Source of the DNA: Rhizaria sp. SCN 62-66
Lineage: Eukaryota
Direction: 5' to 3'
NCBI GenBank assembly: GCA_001724265.1
Contig: MEDY01000058.1
Coordinates: 1 to 64,000 of the forward strand
Length of the DNA stretch: 64,000 nt
The stretch's first letter is position 1. Every line of letters begins with the position of its first letter. The position numbers and the translations under genes are program-made. Below, one piece after another: positions 35,291 through 46,869 of the stretch. Below the pieces are notes generated by a model. The model did no database searches. It was given only the letters and a program-made list of their open reading frames with translations, and had not been told where the DNA came from.

Positions 35291-38200
35291 ATGCCTCGCC
35301 TATTTCCCGGCGGCGGCCGCTGCGCGTCCCCGTCTTTCTTGCTCTTCTGCGCCTCGACCACCGCGGCCCGCGCGCTGCCAGTGCTCTCCGCCGCCGTCGC
35401 CGTCGCCGCGCTGTCCACCGACGCGCTCAGCTCGCTCCCGCACATGGTCTTCGGCGCCTTCCTCGCCGCCGGGCTTGCGCTCATTATCTCCCAGCGCCTC
35501 GCGGAGCCCCCCGAGCTGAAGCCGAACCACTACTTCCTGCTGCTGCTCCACGCCCTGTCCACCTTCACCGTCGCCGCCGCCTTCCTGTTCTCGGTCTACC
35601 TGCTCGGCCCGCTACCCGCCGCCCTGCTCGCCTCGGCCGACTTCACCTTCCTCGCGCTGCCGCCGCTGCTGCGCCGCTGGCGCCGCCTCTCTGCGCGCGC
35701 GCTCGCGGCCGCGCTGCTGCTGGGGTACGGCGCAGTGGTCGTCGCCGTATCGCTCGCGCCGCCGCTCGGCTTCGACGAGCACTTGCATCACGAGCACTTA
35801 CATCACGAGGTGAGCCTGCAGCAGCAGACGCAGCAGCTGCATGCGGGCGGCGCGAGTGCGAGCGCGAGCGCGATTGCAAGCGCAGCCCAGGGAGCTAGGC
35901 CAGCGCACGCAAGCAAAGCTGCTGGCTCGACCGCGGCCATGATGTCCGACACGGGCAAGTCCCCGCTGCCGTCCCCGAAGAAGCTCAGCAAGAACAACAA
36001 GAACAGTTCCAGTAACAGTAAAGATGATGACGGTGACGACGCGCCGTGCACCGCGCCCCCCAAGGAGGACCCCACGGCCCTGCCGCCGTGTGCGAAGGCA
36101 CCTCAGGGCAGCGGCAGCCCGGCGACCGCTGCTGCTGTCCACGGTCACTCCGCTGCTCACAGTCACTCATCCGCTCACGGTCACGGTCATCCGGCCCCGG
36201 CGGCCGCGGACCACTCGCACCCCGCGTCCCGGTCTCGATACCTGTTCGTGCCGCTGTCTCTATGGGGCGCAGCGGCGGGGCTGCTGGCGGCGGCCGCGGC
36301 GCGGTACCGCGCGTCCCTCACGCGGACCACTGCCGCCGAGATGGCCTCGGCGCGCCTGGTCACGAGTACCTCGGCAGCGGTACCGGCCGCGGCGGTAAGC
36401 GGGATGACTGGCGTCAAGGCGCTATCGGCGGCGGCGGTGCTTACGGTCGCCGCGGCGGTGTCGCCGGTGATCTTGATGGCGCCCATGCTAGCGCGCCTCG
36501 CCGGAGGCGGCAGCGGCGACGAGACCCCCAACAGCGACTCCAGCAACAACAACAGCGGCGCAAATGCCGCGAACAGCTCGACGAACAACACGCACAGCAG
36601 CGGGCTCGAGGGCTTGACGGCCGAGATCGCCGCGGCGGGCGGCTTGCTCTGGCTAGCGCTGGGCGTCCTCGCCGCCGTCATGACCGCCGTGGTGACGGGG
36701 CTCGGCACGGTTTTGGTGCCGCTCACGGCCGATTGGGAGCTGGCGCGCCTGTGGGCTGCCGCGTCCCCCTTGCCCCGGCTCAGTGCGGCCAAGGCGGACA
36801 GGTTCACCAGCAGCAGGAGCGTGCTGGCGAGCGTCAACGGCAACGGCAGGGACGGCGGCAGCAACGGAAATGACGCGTACGACGACGACGACGACGACGA
36901 CGACGGGGAGGACTTTGACGCCGACGCCGACAGCGGCAGCAGCAGCAGCGGCAGCAGCAGCAGCAGCAGCAGCGGCGGCGGCGGCAGCGGCTCTGTTCTG
37001 GCTGTGAAGCGGTTGTATGCGCTGCGGGCCGCTGTAATCGCGCCCATCGCGGCCGCGTTTGTGGTCGAGCTGACTGCGCTCACGGTCTCTGCCGCACTCT
37101 ACCCAGAATCGCCCGAGGGTGCAGTCGCGGCGGGCGCGGGGGGTGATCTAAGTACCCCTTTAGCCGCGCGCGTTGCCGCGTCGGTGCCACAGCTGGTGCT
37201 CGCCCGCCTGTCGCAGGGGCTAAGCGTTCACGTCGCGCTTGCGGCCTTCGCCGTCGTCTGCGGCCACTGGCTTCTCGGCCCGAGTTCGAGCTCTAGCTCT
37301 GGCTCTAGTCTAGGTGCGAATAGTAACGCGTTCAGCGTCGTGAACGCGAGTACTCACAGTCTAAGTGCCGGTCTAAGTAGCGCTCTGCCGCCCACAGTCC
37401 CCCCTTACGCCGCCGCTCTCGTCGACGCCGCCGCCCTGGCCCACAGCGAATTCCCCCTCTCGCGCGGCCCCCGCTCCCGCGCTGCCGCGAAGCACAGCAA
37501 CAGCAGCAACAACAGCAACGGCGTCAACGACGCGTCAGCCGCGGCGCACAACGGCAGCATTCCTGGCGGCCGCAGCCGCGTGCGCTGGCTGGCGCTGCGG
37601 GGGCCGCTGGCGGAGCTGGGCATGGGCCGCGCCGCCGCGGCCGTCTCGGTGGGGCCTTGGCTGCGGCGCGAGCAGGCGCGCGCGCGGGCGCGGGGCCAGG
37701 GCTGGCGCTACGGCAGCGGCGGCAGCGACCGGGCTGACGCCGAGGCCGAGGCGGCGGCAGAGGCGGAGCAGGAGAGCTTAGAGCGAAGCAGGGGCGACCT
37801 GAGCGATGGTGGCGGCTCAGATGCCAGTGGTAGCGACGGCGATGATGACGACGATGTCGTCGCGAGCATTGGCGTCACTGGGTCTGCCTACAACAACGAT
37901 AGCGACGACGAGGATGCGGGCGACGGCGACGCCGGTGATCAGTTCATCATCACGGACACGCTCTCGCTCCTTGGCGGCTCGGACAGCAGCAGCAGCAACG
38001 CCGCCAACACGGCGAGTCGCCAGTCAACCCGCAGTCGCGACAGCCGCAAGTCCGCCAAGAGCCTCTTGCACAAGCGCGGCGGCGCCGGCGGCGGCGGGAG
38101 CAGCGGCTGCGGCGGGCAGGCGCGGCGCGTGTGGCGCCACATCCGCTCCTCGCGCGACGCGCAGCGGCTGTTTCTTTTCCTCTCGCTCAACTTCCTCTTT

Positions 38201-39667
38201 ATGTTCGTCGAGGCGGCCTACGGCGCGGCCACCAACTCGCTGGGCCTCATCTCGGACGCCGGACACATGCTCTTCGACTCGGTGGCGCTTGCCATCGGGC
38301 TCTACGCCGCCGCCGTGGCCTCCGCGCGCCCCGACGCCGCGTTCAACTACTCGTACTCGCGCGTCGAGACGCTCTCGGGCTTCGCAAACGGCGTGTTCCT
38401 CGTCTTCATCGGCTTCTTCGTGCTGGTCGAGGGCGTGCAGCGGCTCTTCGAGACACCCGTGATCCGCTCCGACCAGCTCCTCACGGTCTCTGTGCTGGGC
38501 TTCGTGGTCAACGTGATCGGCCTCGTGTTCTTCCACGACCACGCGCACGGTGGCGCCGGCGGCGGCCAGTGCAGCCACGGCCACTCGCACGGCGGCGGCG
38601 GCAGCAGCAGCCACAGCGGCCACAGCGGGCATAACGTGGCTGGCGCCGCTGCTCACGGTCACTCGCACGGCTCTGCTGCGCGCTGCTCGCACAGTCACGA
38701 TGACCACGGCCATGACCACGGTCACGGTAACGGTAGCGGCGACAGCTGCAGTGGCCATGACCATGGTGATGACCACTGCGACGGCCACAACGACCACGGT
38801 CACCACAGCGGCGTCAGCGGCGGTGCGCCGGTGGTGGCAGTGCACACGGTGAACCACAACATGGAGGGCGTGTTCCTCCACATCCTGGCCGACGCGCTGG
38901 GCTCTGTGGGCGTCATCTGCTCCGCCGTGCTCATCCGCTTTTGGGGGCTCACGGCCGCCGACGCGTGGTGCAGCATCGTCATCTCGCTGCTCATCCTCGC
39001 CTCGGTGGCCCCTCTCGTCAAGAACTCGGGCGCCATGCTGCTCATGCAGATTCCCGAGGCAGTGGGCGCCGCCGCTGCGCGCGCAGTCGCCCGGCTCGAG
39101 GCCGAGGCAGAGGCCGCGCGAGGAGATGCCGCGCGGGGAGAGGCTGCGCGGGGCCGCCGGACGGCTAGCGCCACGGCGGGGCTGGTCCGGGTGCGCCGGC
39201 TGTGCCTATGGGTCGCGGCCGAGGGCGACGTGAGGGGCGAGGCCGAGGTCATCGCCCAGGCCGGAAGTGACTGTGAACAGGTCCGCGCTGTGTTCCTGGC
39301 CGCGCTCAACGCGCAGGGCGTGCCCACCAGCACCGCGACCGTGGCGCACACAGTCACTGTGCAGGTGTTCTACGCCTTTGAAGACATCACCAACAGCCAC
39401 ACCGCGGGCCACGCCTGTGAAAAGCTGTCTCTGGCTACGAGTGCTAACAACGCTGGTGCTGTTACTGCGACAATTGCGAAGGCTGCAGCCGTCGACGCCG
39501 GTCACTGGCAAGGGCTGAGGCCGGCGCTGCTGGCTCAAGGAGTGCAGCAAGGCCAGGCTCAGACTCATAGCTACAGTCAGAGTAATGCTGTCGGGATTCA
39601 CGGCCATGCGCATGTCCACGGCCACAGCCATAGTCACGGTGCGAGCGGGGTCGCCCACTTTGGGTAA
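35291..39667 (+). CDS. Cation diffusion facilitator zinc transporter, ZnT5/Msc2-like (extended N-terminal membrane region)
   Basis: LNFLFMFVE..NSLGLISDAGHMLFD (TM2 HxxxD), YSYSRVETLSGFANGVFL, a His-rich loop and NMEGVFLHILADALGSVGVI (TM5 HxxxD). First ATG at 35291, with a probable 5'UTR intron at 35068-35148. TAA stop. Confidence 0.92.
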   Translation: MPRLFPGGGRCASPSFLLFCASTTAARALPVLSAAVAVAALSTDALSSLPHMVFGAFLAAGLALIISQRLAEPPELKPNHYFLLLLHALSTFTVAAAFLFSVYLLGPLPAALLASADFTFLALPPLLRRWRRLSARALAAALLLGYGAVVVAVSLAPPLGFDEHLHHEHLHHEVSLQQQTQQLHAGGASASASAIASAAQGARPAHASKAAGSTAAMMSDTGKSPLPSPKKLSKNNKNSSSNSKDDDGDDAPCTAPPKEDPTALPPCAKAPQGSGSPATAAAVHGHSAAHSHSSAHGHGHPAPAAADHSHPASRSRYLFVPLSLWGAAAGLLAAAAARYRASLTRTTAAEMASARLVTSTSAAVPAAAVSGMTGVKALSAAAVLTVAAAVSPVILMAPMLARLAGGGSGDETPNSDSSNNNSGANAANSSTNNTHSSGLEGLTAEIAAAGGLLWLALGVLAAVMTAVVTGLGTVLVPLTADWELARLWAAASPLPRLSAAKADRFTSSRSVLASVNGNGRDGGSNGNDAYDDDDDDDDGEDFDADADSGSSSSGSSSSSSSGGGGSGSVLAVKRLYALRAAVIAPIAAAFVVELTALTVSAALYPESPEGAVAAGAGGDLSTPLAARVAASVPQLVLARLSQGLSVHVALAAFAVVCGHWLLGPSSSSSSGSSLGANSNAFSVVNASTHSLSAGLSSALPPTVPPYAAALVDAAALAHSEFPLSRGPRSRAAAKHSNSSNNSNGVNDASAAAHNGSIPGGRSRVRWLALRGPLAELGMGRAAAAVSVGPWLRREQARARARGQGWRYGSGGSDRADAEAEAAAEAEQESLERSRGDLSDGGGSDASGSDGDDDDDVVASIGVTGSAYNNDSDDEDAGDGDAGDQFIITDTLSLLGGSDSSSSNAANTASRQSTRSRDSRKSAKSLLHKRGGAGGGGSSGCGGQARRVWRHIRSSRDAQRLFLFLSLNFLFMFVEAAYGAATNSLGLISDAGHMLFDSVALAIGLYAAAVASARPDAAFNYSYSRVETLSGFANGVFLVFIGFFVLVEGVQRLFETPVIRSDQLLTVSVLGFVVNVIGLVFFHDHAHGGAGGGQCSHGHSHGGGGSSSHSGHSGHNVAGAAAHGHSHGSAARCSHSHDDHGHDHGHGNGSGDSCSGHDHGDDHCDGHNDHGHHSGVSGGAPVVAVHTVNHNMEGVFLHILADALGSVGVICSAVLIRFWGLTAADAWCSIVISLLILASVAPLVKNSGAMLLMQIPEAVGAAAARAVARLEAEAEAARGDAARGEAARGRRTASATAGLVRVRRLCLWVAAEGDVRGEAEVIAQAGSDCEQVRAVFLAALNAQGVPTSTATVAHTVTVQVFYAFEDITNSHTAGHACEKLSLATSANNAGAVTATIAKAAAVDAGHWQGLRPALLAQGVQQGQAQTHSYSQSNAVGIHGHAHVHGHSHSHGASGVAHFG

Positions 39668-40278
39668 GGGTTTGGGCATTGTGACGGGACGAGCAAAGGT
39701 CACTCTTGGTTTGGCGAACACCGCGCCTGTCACGGCGCAAGTCGACCTAGAGCTGTGACGTAAAACACGTTCGTAACCAGTGATGACTAGATGTGTTGAG
39801 TGCTGAATGGCTGAGAATTTATTATGTTACATATAGATACCTAGATAAGTCAATCATATTATTAATTAACGTGCCGATGTGCGCATTACTATTGTAGAGA
39901 AACACGAATACACCCCCATTATATTCTCAACGAAGCGCATGCGACCACCACCGCAAGCAAGGGGGGCGACCGTGACAACGTGAACCGATATATCTTGTGG
40001 GATTCAAAAGAGATAATCAAATGGATTTGCGTGTGAAAGTTATGTCACGCATGTTTTAATATTAATTAATTTTTATAATTGTATGAATGGATTGTTGTCA
40101 AACGACATATCGAATCAATTACTCCAACCACCTCTCAATCTCTTCGCCACAAGTCAACGCACATCAGGCATCAAACTAACTTGAAAAACGTCACACAGAC
40201 AATATCACATTTGTGACTAGCAAGTAAATACTTTTAACTTTGTAGAAAGCTTGTTGCTTCTCAATTACCGCAAGAAAT

Positions 40279-42195
40279 ATGAGTAATAACTCGCGAAATG
40301 TGAAGGTGAGTCCCGTGTCATGTCAATGCACTTCTCTCCTCCTCGCATGTATTCCAGAGATTGCAAGAGGACTTCACAAGACACAACTCAAACATTGGAC
40401 CCGCATTTGTTATTATTTATTCTAAAACATCCAGGTTGAGTCATCAGACTCGCACTCCGCGAAAACAGATATCTCAGCCTCAGCCACATCAAACCCTTGC
40501 TTCGTCATGATCGATGCAGCCGCTAAGGCTGCCACACCGTCTTCCGTCACTGAGGCTGTGCTTAATATTGCACCGGCACGTCTTGCCTCCCAAGCAGAAC
40601 CCGTTGCGCTTCCGTCGCTCTCGTACTGCGGGGTACACTTCCACGCCAAGATTCACCGCATGTGCAGCTGCAACGCGCTGTTTGCGACATAGCCCGCGTC
40701 GTGCGCCTGCCCGTTCCTCTGTAAAGTGATTGCAGATGTGCCGCCCGCGCTAAAAGCGCTTTATAACGCGCTCCACTTGCAGCAGCAGCAGTAGCAGCAA
40801 CATCTTGTTCACAGCGACAGTGAACTGAGTGCTTCCGTCGCCTTTACCATGACGCTGACGTTGCAGCAGTGCGGCTATGACGGCACGAGCGAGCTACGCG
40901 CCACTGACGGAGTACTCCTATTGAGCGCGTCCGTTAAAACGACGCGGCTTGTAACTGCAAAATGCACTGCAGCAACTCGCGCCTTTGCGTTTGATCCGAA
41001 CGGCAGCGCGGCGCAACCGCAGCGCGCTGTTTTCGCACGGTTTGGGGTGTACGTCGAAGACGCGCTGCACCGCCACACTGCGCAGCGGCTTTTTGCGTAG
41101 TACTGCAAGGGTCAGTCGCAGGCTGCACGTGCTACAACCGTTAAGTAGATGACGCCGACTGCGTGCTTTTGCGCTCCGAGTAGTGATGTTTCTCCACTTG
41201 AGCCTCTACCAGTGATTCCGCAATCGCCCGATGCTGGTGCAGTGCAGCACAGTGGCGATTTTGGTCCAGTTGTCAGCAGCAGGGGCAAACGGGTTGTTCC
41301 GTCCAGCTTTGACAGCGTTGAAAGGGCGCGTCCGGTGCAGCCGCAAGTCACGGGTCCTGTTTCCCAAACCACAAATGAGGCAACCGCGGCATTTAGACCG
41401 CAAATGGCTGTGCGTCTTTGCGGTGACTCCGACTTTGAGACAACCTTCCACTCGGACTCGGACTCAGATTCGGATTCAGACGCTTACACAGGCGTGGCGC
41501 TAGGGGCGGACTTGCAATTGGGCTCCGGCCTTGGCACTGAGTCAAGCTCCGAGGACATTAGCTCCGAGTCCGAGTCCGGCACAGGCTCTGACTCGGGCGA
41601 CGACCCCGACGACAACAGCTCTCAGTCCAGCTGCGACTCAAGCTCCGACTCGGACTCTTCCACTGGCAGCGATGGAAACCTTGACGCTTACTCACGGCCA
41701 GGCTCCGACGCAGACTCTGACGTGAGCTCAGACTCTGATGATGGCACAGGTGAGCGCGCCAACGGCAACTCGGATTCTGACTCCAGTGACGGCTCAGATA
41801 CGTATTCTTCGTCGGATGACGAGCAAGAGAGCAAATGCTTTCATGGCGCGCGGCGTAGCGCGCGTGCCCGCTCTCTGGCCGCATGCGCTGTGGCGGCTGC
41901 TAACAGCAAGCCAGCAGCGAACACTCGCAGCCTGCCCAATGCCGCTGTGACTGCAGCTGCCACTGATGGCAATGCTGTCTATGCAGCCACACATTCTGCT
42001 TCTAATCGCGCACCCCGACGAGGCCGCAAGCCGGCAAACCTTGCTAGTGACCCCTTGCCCGCGTGGGTTATGAAGAAGAACAGCAAAAGAGTCGTGAAGA
42101 AGTCGGAAGCTGAACTGCGGAAGGAGTGGGTCGCAAAGATTCAGTTTAATCGCGCTGCCAGGCAGAAACATAACGCAGATCCCGTAGCCAGATAA
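40279..42195 (+). pseudogene. Spliced ORF (exon 40279-40305, exon from 40435) with a Ser/Asp-rich tract, interrupted by four in-frame TAG codons; pseudogene or readthrough gene
   Basis: ATG..GTGAAG|gtgagt..ccag|GTT splices into the shared frame of ORFs 40507, 40849 and 41149. TAGs lie at 40690, 40792, 41098 and 41146, with no frameshift over ~1.76 kb. Confidence 0.55.
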
Positions 42196-42945
42196 AAGTT
42201 TAGGCGGGAAGCTTATATGGCAGAGTGAAAACAAGCGTAAGAACGAGCAGAAGACTGTGTACCCCCACGCATGATGCTTCGACCAGATAGCATGGACGCC
42301 CTCCACACACAAAGGACAGTTTGCGGCGCAGCCACCGGCGTCGTCAGCGTCACCAGGAACGGCGTATTAATCCTGCGTCCATGCGAAAGACAAGAGGCAA
42401 GGTCGCACAGAACGCCAGCCCCGAAGCTGTCCCAGCGGCGCACGCAACAGCTGACCGAGTTGTATTACTCCAAGAGTGCGAGCGCAAGCGCGTGGCGCGC
42501 GCGGGGCGCTACCAGACGAAGAAGGGTGCGATGGCAGCAGCCGTTGCCATTTCTGTGATGACCAGCGCGGCTGCTGCTTGTTGTCGCTTGCCGCTGCAGG
42601 CGCTGAAATGAGTGATTGTCGAAGTGGTAGCGTTAGCAGGGCAATGCGCGACGGCGACAATAACAAGCCATGCGGCAAAATAGTGTGATTTGTAAAATTG
42701 CCTTCATACATTGAGCAAGGTATTGCTGTTTGACTGCGTATCTCTGTAGTGATCAAATGAGACAGTTGTAGAACAAAGTGTGGAACCGAATGTGGCCATG
42801 TGGCAAAGCTGTACGTATTTGTATTAGATCTCCGTATCCGGAATATCGGACTTAAACATGCAGCGTCATCAAATGAAGAAAAAACATGGCAATACACAAA
42901 CCAAACATCCTGCCTCAACAGAAATATAGTCGTTATGTTTGGCAT

Positions 42946-45900
42946 TTACTTGTTGCGTTGCTCCTTCGCATCCTCCTGCATCATCAACCCTTGCAGCGCG
43001 CTCTTAATCTCCTCGAGGCCGACCCCCGGCTTAACTTTTGCCACGTGGCTCCCCAGCAGCGCGCTGGCGGCGCACGCGTCCCATCGCCACGGCGCAAACG
43101 CGTCACGCGCGAACTCGCTGCGGTCGTGCCGCGGCCTAACTTCAGCACCGTGCGCCACAGAGCCATGCGCCACGGCCGAGTGCGCGCGCTGGCGGTCGTA
43201 CACAACGGACCGCGGACGGCCAGCCGCAGCAGGACGAGAAGGTACAGCAGCCGCAGCAGAAGCAGCAGTTAAAGCGGAGGACGCGGGGGCGGAGGCTGAG
43301 GCGGCGCGGAGGTAGTCTCGATGCGCCTGCTGCTGCTGCGCGGGGCTGAGCCGCTCCCACGCGGCCAGCGCGGTGTAGCCGTAGCCGCGCACGGCGCTGG
43401 GTGACAGCAGCCGCAGCGCCGGGTGATGGGACTGGGACTGGGACTGAGATTGAGAGGGGGGCTGTGAGGGGGGCTGTGCGTGCAGCTGGTGTTGCTGTTG
43501 CTGTTGGAGCTGCAGCTGCTGTTGCTGGTAGAGCGTATTCGCGTACCACCAGCCAGGCACGCCGCGACACGCCTCCTCGACGCTGACACGGCCGTCTAAG
43601 TGGGCACTTACATCTCCGCTAACTTGGACGCGATTTTCGTCATCGCCACGTTGACTGTCAAAAGGTTTGCTGATGACCATCTTCAGCCCCGCGCTGTTCG
43701 TCGTCACCTCAACCCCGCCGGCGCGACCGAGATGGGAGTTGCCACTGTGAGCGTCGCTGCGAGTGGGATTATGACTGTAGCTAGCGCCGTCGCCGTCGCT
43801 GTCGCTGTAACGCCCGCGGCCGTAGAGCTCGCTGAGCGCGGCCTGCGTGCGCGCCGCGATCTTCGAGTAGAGCCACTCCACCGCCGGCGGCTCAGTGAGA
43901 GACCGACCGGACTGCCAGGCACGCAGCTCGAGCGCGTATGCCCTCACGAGGTCTAAGTAGGGCACGGGGGGGCCGGCGCGGATCGTCATTGGAGACCGTG
44001 GACGCCCTTGTGCAGAACCGGCGTCAGAGCCAGAGCCCGTGCTCGGAACAGTGCTCATGGCGCCTCCGTCTGAATGCGAATGACTGTGCGCGCCGTCGAT
44101 GAGCGCCCGCAGGAGCGTGCGCGAGGGTGGCACCAGGTGTGCCATCGAGTCGTGCGTGAACGGCAACAGCGCTGGCGGCTGCGGCAGCGAATCAAGTGCC
44201 TCGCGCGCAGGCTCAGCCCTCACAGCCGTCGCGGCCGCCGCAGTCGTCGTGGTCGCTGGGGTCGCTGTGTCGCAGAGCCCACGGTCGCCGAGCTCGCGGT
44301 CGACCTGCGCGAGCACGGCGGGCAGCGCGGCGTCCGCAGCGAGCTTGCCGACGCCCCAGCGCATAAACGACACCGATGGCGGGCCCACGTCCGCCTCGAA
44401 GTGGCCCCTCGCGTTGATAGACGTAGACGGAGACGCAAGCAACGGCTCGGACTCGCCCCCGCTGGTCCTGGGCGCGTACACGACCCTACCCTCGGGGAAG
44501 ATGTGGACCCACTCGCCCGCGCGCAGCCGGTCCGCCAGCGGGCCCAGTGCGCTCTGCTGCAGCCCCGCGCCGCGGCGCAGCGGCAGTGCGCGGCCCAGGT
44601 AGAAGAGCGCGGATGGCAGTGGCGACGCGAAGCAGATGTCTTCGCCGCACGGCACCCAGCGCATGGTGCGCGGCGAGAGCATCGCGGCGGGCGCCATCAG
44701 GCACGACAGCGTCGGGTCGTCCAGCGTCGAGGTGTGGTTGGTGACCGTGAGCAGCGGCACCGCCGGCGCGCGCGACACCGCCGCGGCCTCAAAGCTGGGG
44801 AACGACGCGTGCGTCGGCGTGATAGTCGTTGCTGGCGCTGCTGTCGGTTCTATCCCGTCCGTCCTCTCGGCGCCCGTGGCACCATAGGTGTGACGAAAGC
44901 TATAACTAGCGCTGGAGTTACTGTCCGTGCTTGCGTGCGTGTTGGTGAACGACGTTGCCGCAATGGCAGCAAGCGACGCCGCCAAGTGGTTAGAGATCGA
45001 GATAGTACCGTTGTTCGCCGCCGCAGAAGCTACATCACTGGCATTCTTACTGTTGCTCGCAGTCGCCGTAGCTCCGTCCTCTGCGGCCGCCTTAACCGCG
45101 ACCGATGCTGAGACGGCGGCGGCGACCGTGGGCTCGCAACCGTCAAGCGCGACGTCGTCGAGCATGACGGCGCCCAGCCGCCGAGCCAGCGCGCCCGTGA
45201 GCGCCACCGTAGCCCACGTGCCCGCAAAGCGCAACGCGCGCGCCGCCGCAGAGGGCTGTGTGCGGCTGTACGCCGCCGGCGCAACAGCAGCAGCAGTCGC
45301 AGTAACGCTAGAGTGTGAGTCGGGGTGCGCGCTCGAGTTTGACGGTGTTATGGGGTTCTTGCTCCGGGGCCCCGCAGTGGCAGCGGCACAGCCCACGCCC
45401 TGGATCAGCACGTCACCGTGTGCCTGTGCGTCGTCGCCAACAGGTGTTTTGACTGCGTCGCCGTTGAAGAAGCGCTCGATGTGGGGATACGCCAGCGGCT
45501 GCGGCGGCGCGGGGACGCCCCCGGGCAGGTAGGGCTGCTCGTAGACGTAGCGCGTCTTGCTGGGCAGCGCGGGGATGCGCGTGCGCAGCAGCTGCGCCAG
45601 GCGCCGGTAGTACCCCACGTTGTCGTCGTGGTGAGTCACGCTGTGGCCTGCACTGTGACTGGCGCTGTGGTGTGCAGGATCTGAGTGCGGGTGCAAGTGC
45701 GAGAGGGGGTGCGAGCTGTCGTAGACGTTGCCGTAAGAGTCCGTGCGGCGGGAGCAGCATGGGTAAGACGTGTAGAGCTCTGGTGTAGCGGGACTGGTGG
45801 CCCCATAGGCGTTTGTGTCGCCCCTGTGGTCACTGGAAGTCGCGGTCGTGCTAGCGACAGTGTGAGTGACAGTGCGAGTGCCAGTTGAAGCAGGAACACC

Positions 45901-45972
45901 GAAACTGTCGTTGCGTGCCGTGGAACCTCGACTAGCGGCAGCAGCAATCGAGCTGGGAGTAGGAACGCTCAT
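42946..45972 (-). CDS. TAZ: Tafazzin-family phospholipid/cardiolipin transacylase
   Basis: PLLTVTNHTSTLDDP (HX4D), MRW..EDICF, LPLRRGAGLQQ, GEWVHIFPEGRV, MRWGVGKL. First ATG at 45972. TAA stop. Confidence 0.9.
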   Translation of the reverse strand: MSVPTPSSIAAAASRGSTARNDSFGVPASTGTRTVTHTVASTTATSSDHRGDTNAYGATSPATPELYTSYPCCSRRTDSYGNVYDSSHPLSHLHPHSDPAHHSASHSAGHSVTHHDDNVGYYRRLAQLLRTRIPALPSKTRYVYEQPYLPGGVPAPPQPLAYPHIERFFNGDAVKTPVGDDAQAHGDVLIQGVGCAAATAGPRSKNPITPSNSSAHPDSHSSVTATAAAVAPAAYSRTQPSAAARALRFAGTWATVALTGALARRLGAVMLDDVALDGCEPTVAAAVSASVAVKAAAEDGATATASNSKNASDVASAAANNGTISISNHLAASLAAIAATSFTNTHASTDSNSSASYSFRHTYGATGAERTDGIEPTAAPATTITPTHASFPSFEAAAVSRAPAVPLLTVTNHTSTLDDPTLSCLMAPAAMLSPRTMRWVPCGEDICFASPLPSALFYLGRALPLRRGAGLQQSALGPLADRLRAGEWVHIFPEGRVVYAPRTSGGESEPLLASPSTSINARGHFEADVGPPSVSFMRWGVGKLAADAALPAVLAQVDRELGDRGLCDTATPATTTTAAAATAVRAEPAREALDSLPQPPALLPFTHDSMAHLVPPSRTLLRALIDGAHSHSHSDGGAMSTVPSTGSGSDAGSAQGRPRSPMTIRAGPPVPYLDLVRAYALELRAWQSGRSLTEPPAVEWLYSKIAARTQAALSELYGRGRYSDSDGDGASYSHNPTRSDAHSGNSHLGRAGGVEVTTNSAGLKMVISKPFDSQRGDDENRVQVSGDVSAHLDGRVSVEEACRGVPGWWYANTLYQQQQLQLQQQQQHQLHAQPPSQPPSQSQSQSQSHHPALRLLSPSAVRGYGYTALAAWERLSPAQQQQAHRDYLRAASASAPASSALTAASAAAAVPSRPAAAGRPRSVVYDRQRAHSAVAHGSVAHGAEVRPRHDRSEFARDAFAPWRWDACAASALLGSHVAKVKPGVGLEEIKSALQGLMMQEDAKEQRNK

Positions 45973-46869
45973 AGAAATCGACGCAAGTGTTGTATCGCAG
46001 TGCGATATAGAGATAGTGTGCAGCTGCGGGCGCTTTCCTGCGCGTGTGGAACAATCTTGGGAGAGGGTGGAGCAAGAAGACCACAAGATAGTTTTCGAGT
46101 TGGAACGATGACTTTTGCGTGTTTTGTAAAAGGACTGCCGTGTTTCAGTGTGTTTAATATCTTAGAAATGCTATAAAATCACCAACAACGGACTCTACTC
46201 GGAAATGGAGCACGAATGACTTTACCACCACAAACCGAAAGCTCGCACCAACCAATGGCAACGGCTGCTGACAGTTGTGAATGTGAAGACCGCGGGGCCA
46301 AAAGGAAGTCATCACACCGCCACAACTACATCGTCATTAGAGAATCCAGACGATTCTTGTGGTAGCACCGTTGTGCTTGATTTCAATTCTTTTTATTTAT
46401 GGCTTATCTCTGCTGCACTGTGCTTGGGAGACCCTTACAGAACAGCGCGTTCTCGTCGACTCTCTCGGTGTTCATACAATGTTTGTTTCATCCTCAGTAG
46501 CTCGCCACACAGCGAGATATGCAGTTATCCTTGCTCTCACACAGTTAATATACTGTAATCACGATGCTGTGCTTTTAATTGTGCCTTATCTGACTGTATA
46601 GGTCCATAAGACACCCGAGTCTGACTCACAGCGGCAAGCGTACCTAACGGCTGACAAACAACAAAGAACGCTTCGTAAGCAGACTAAACCTCTGCCGTTA
46701 GTCCCTACAGACCGACACGGGTTGTATACCGGTGTTTATCTTCCTGTTAGTTGCTCTTTTGTGCTAACTCCGCACGCTCTTGTTTCGCAGCAAGCTAACG
46801 AGGCACAGCATCAACACAAACCTTCGTTTCCTAGCTTTCTTGTATTTATTCTAAGACAAGCAGAGCACG

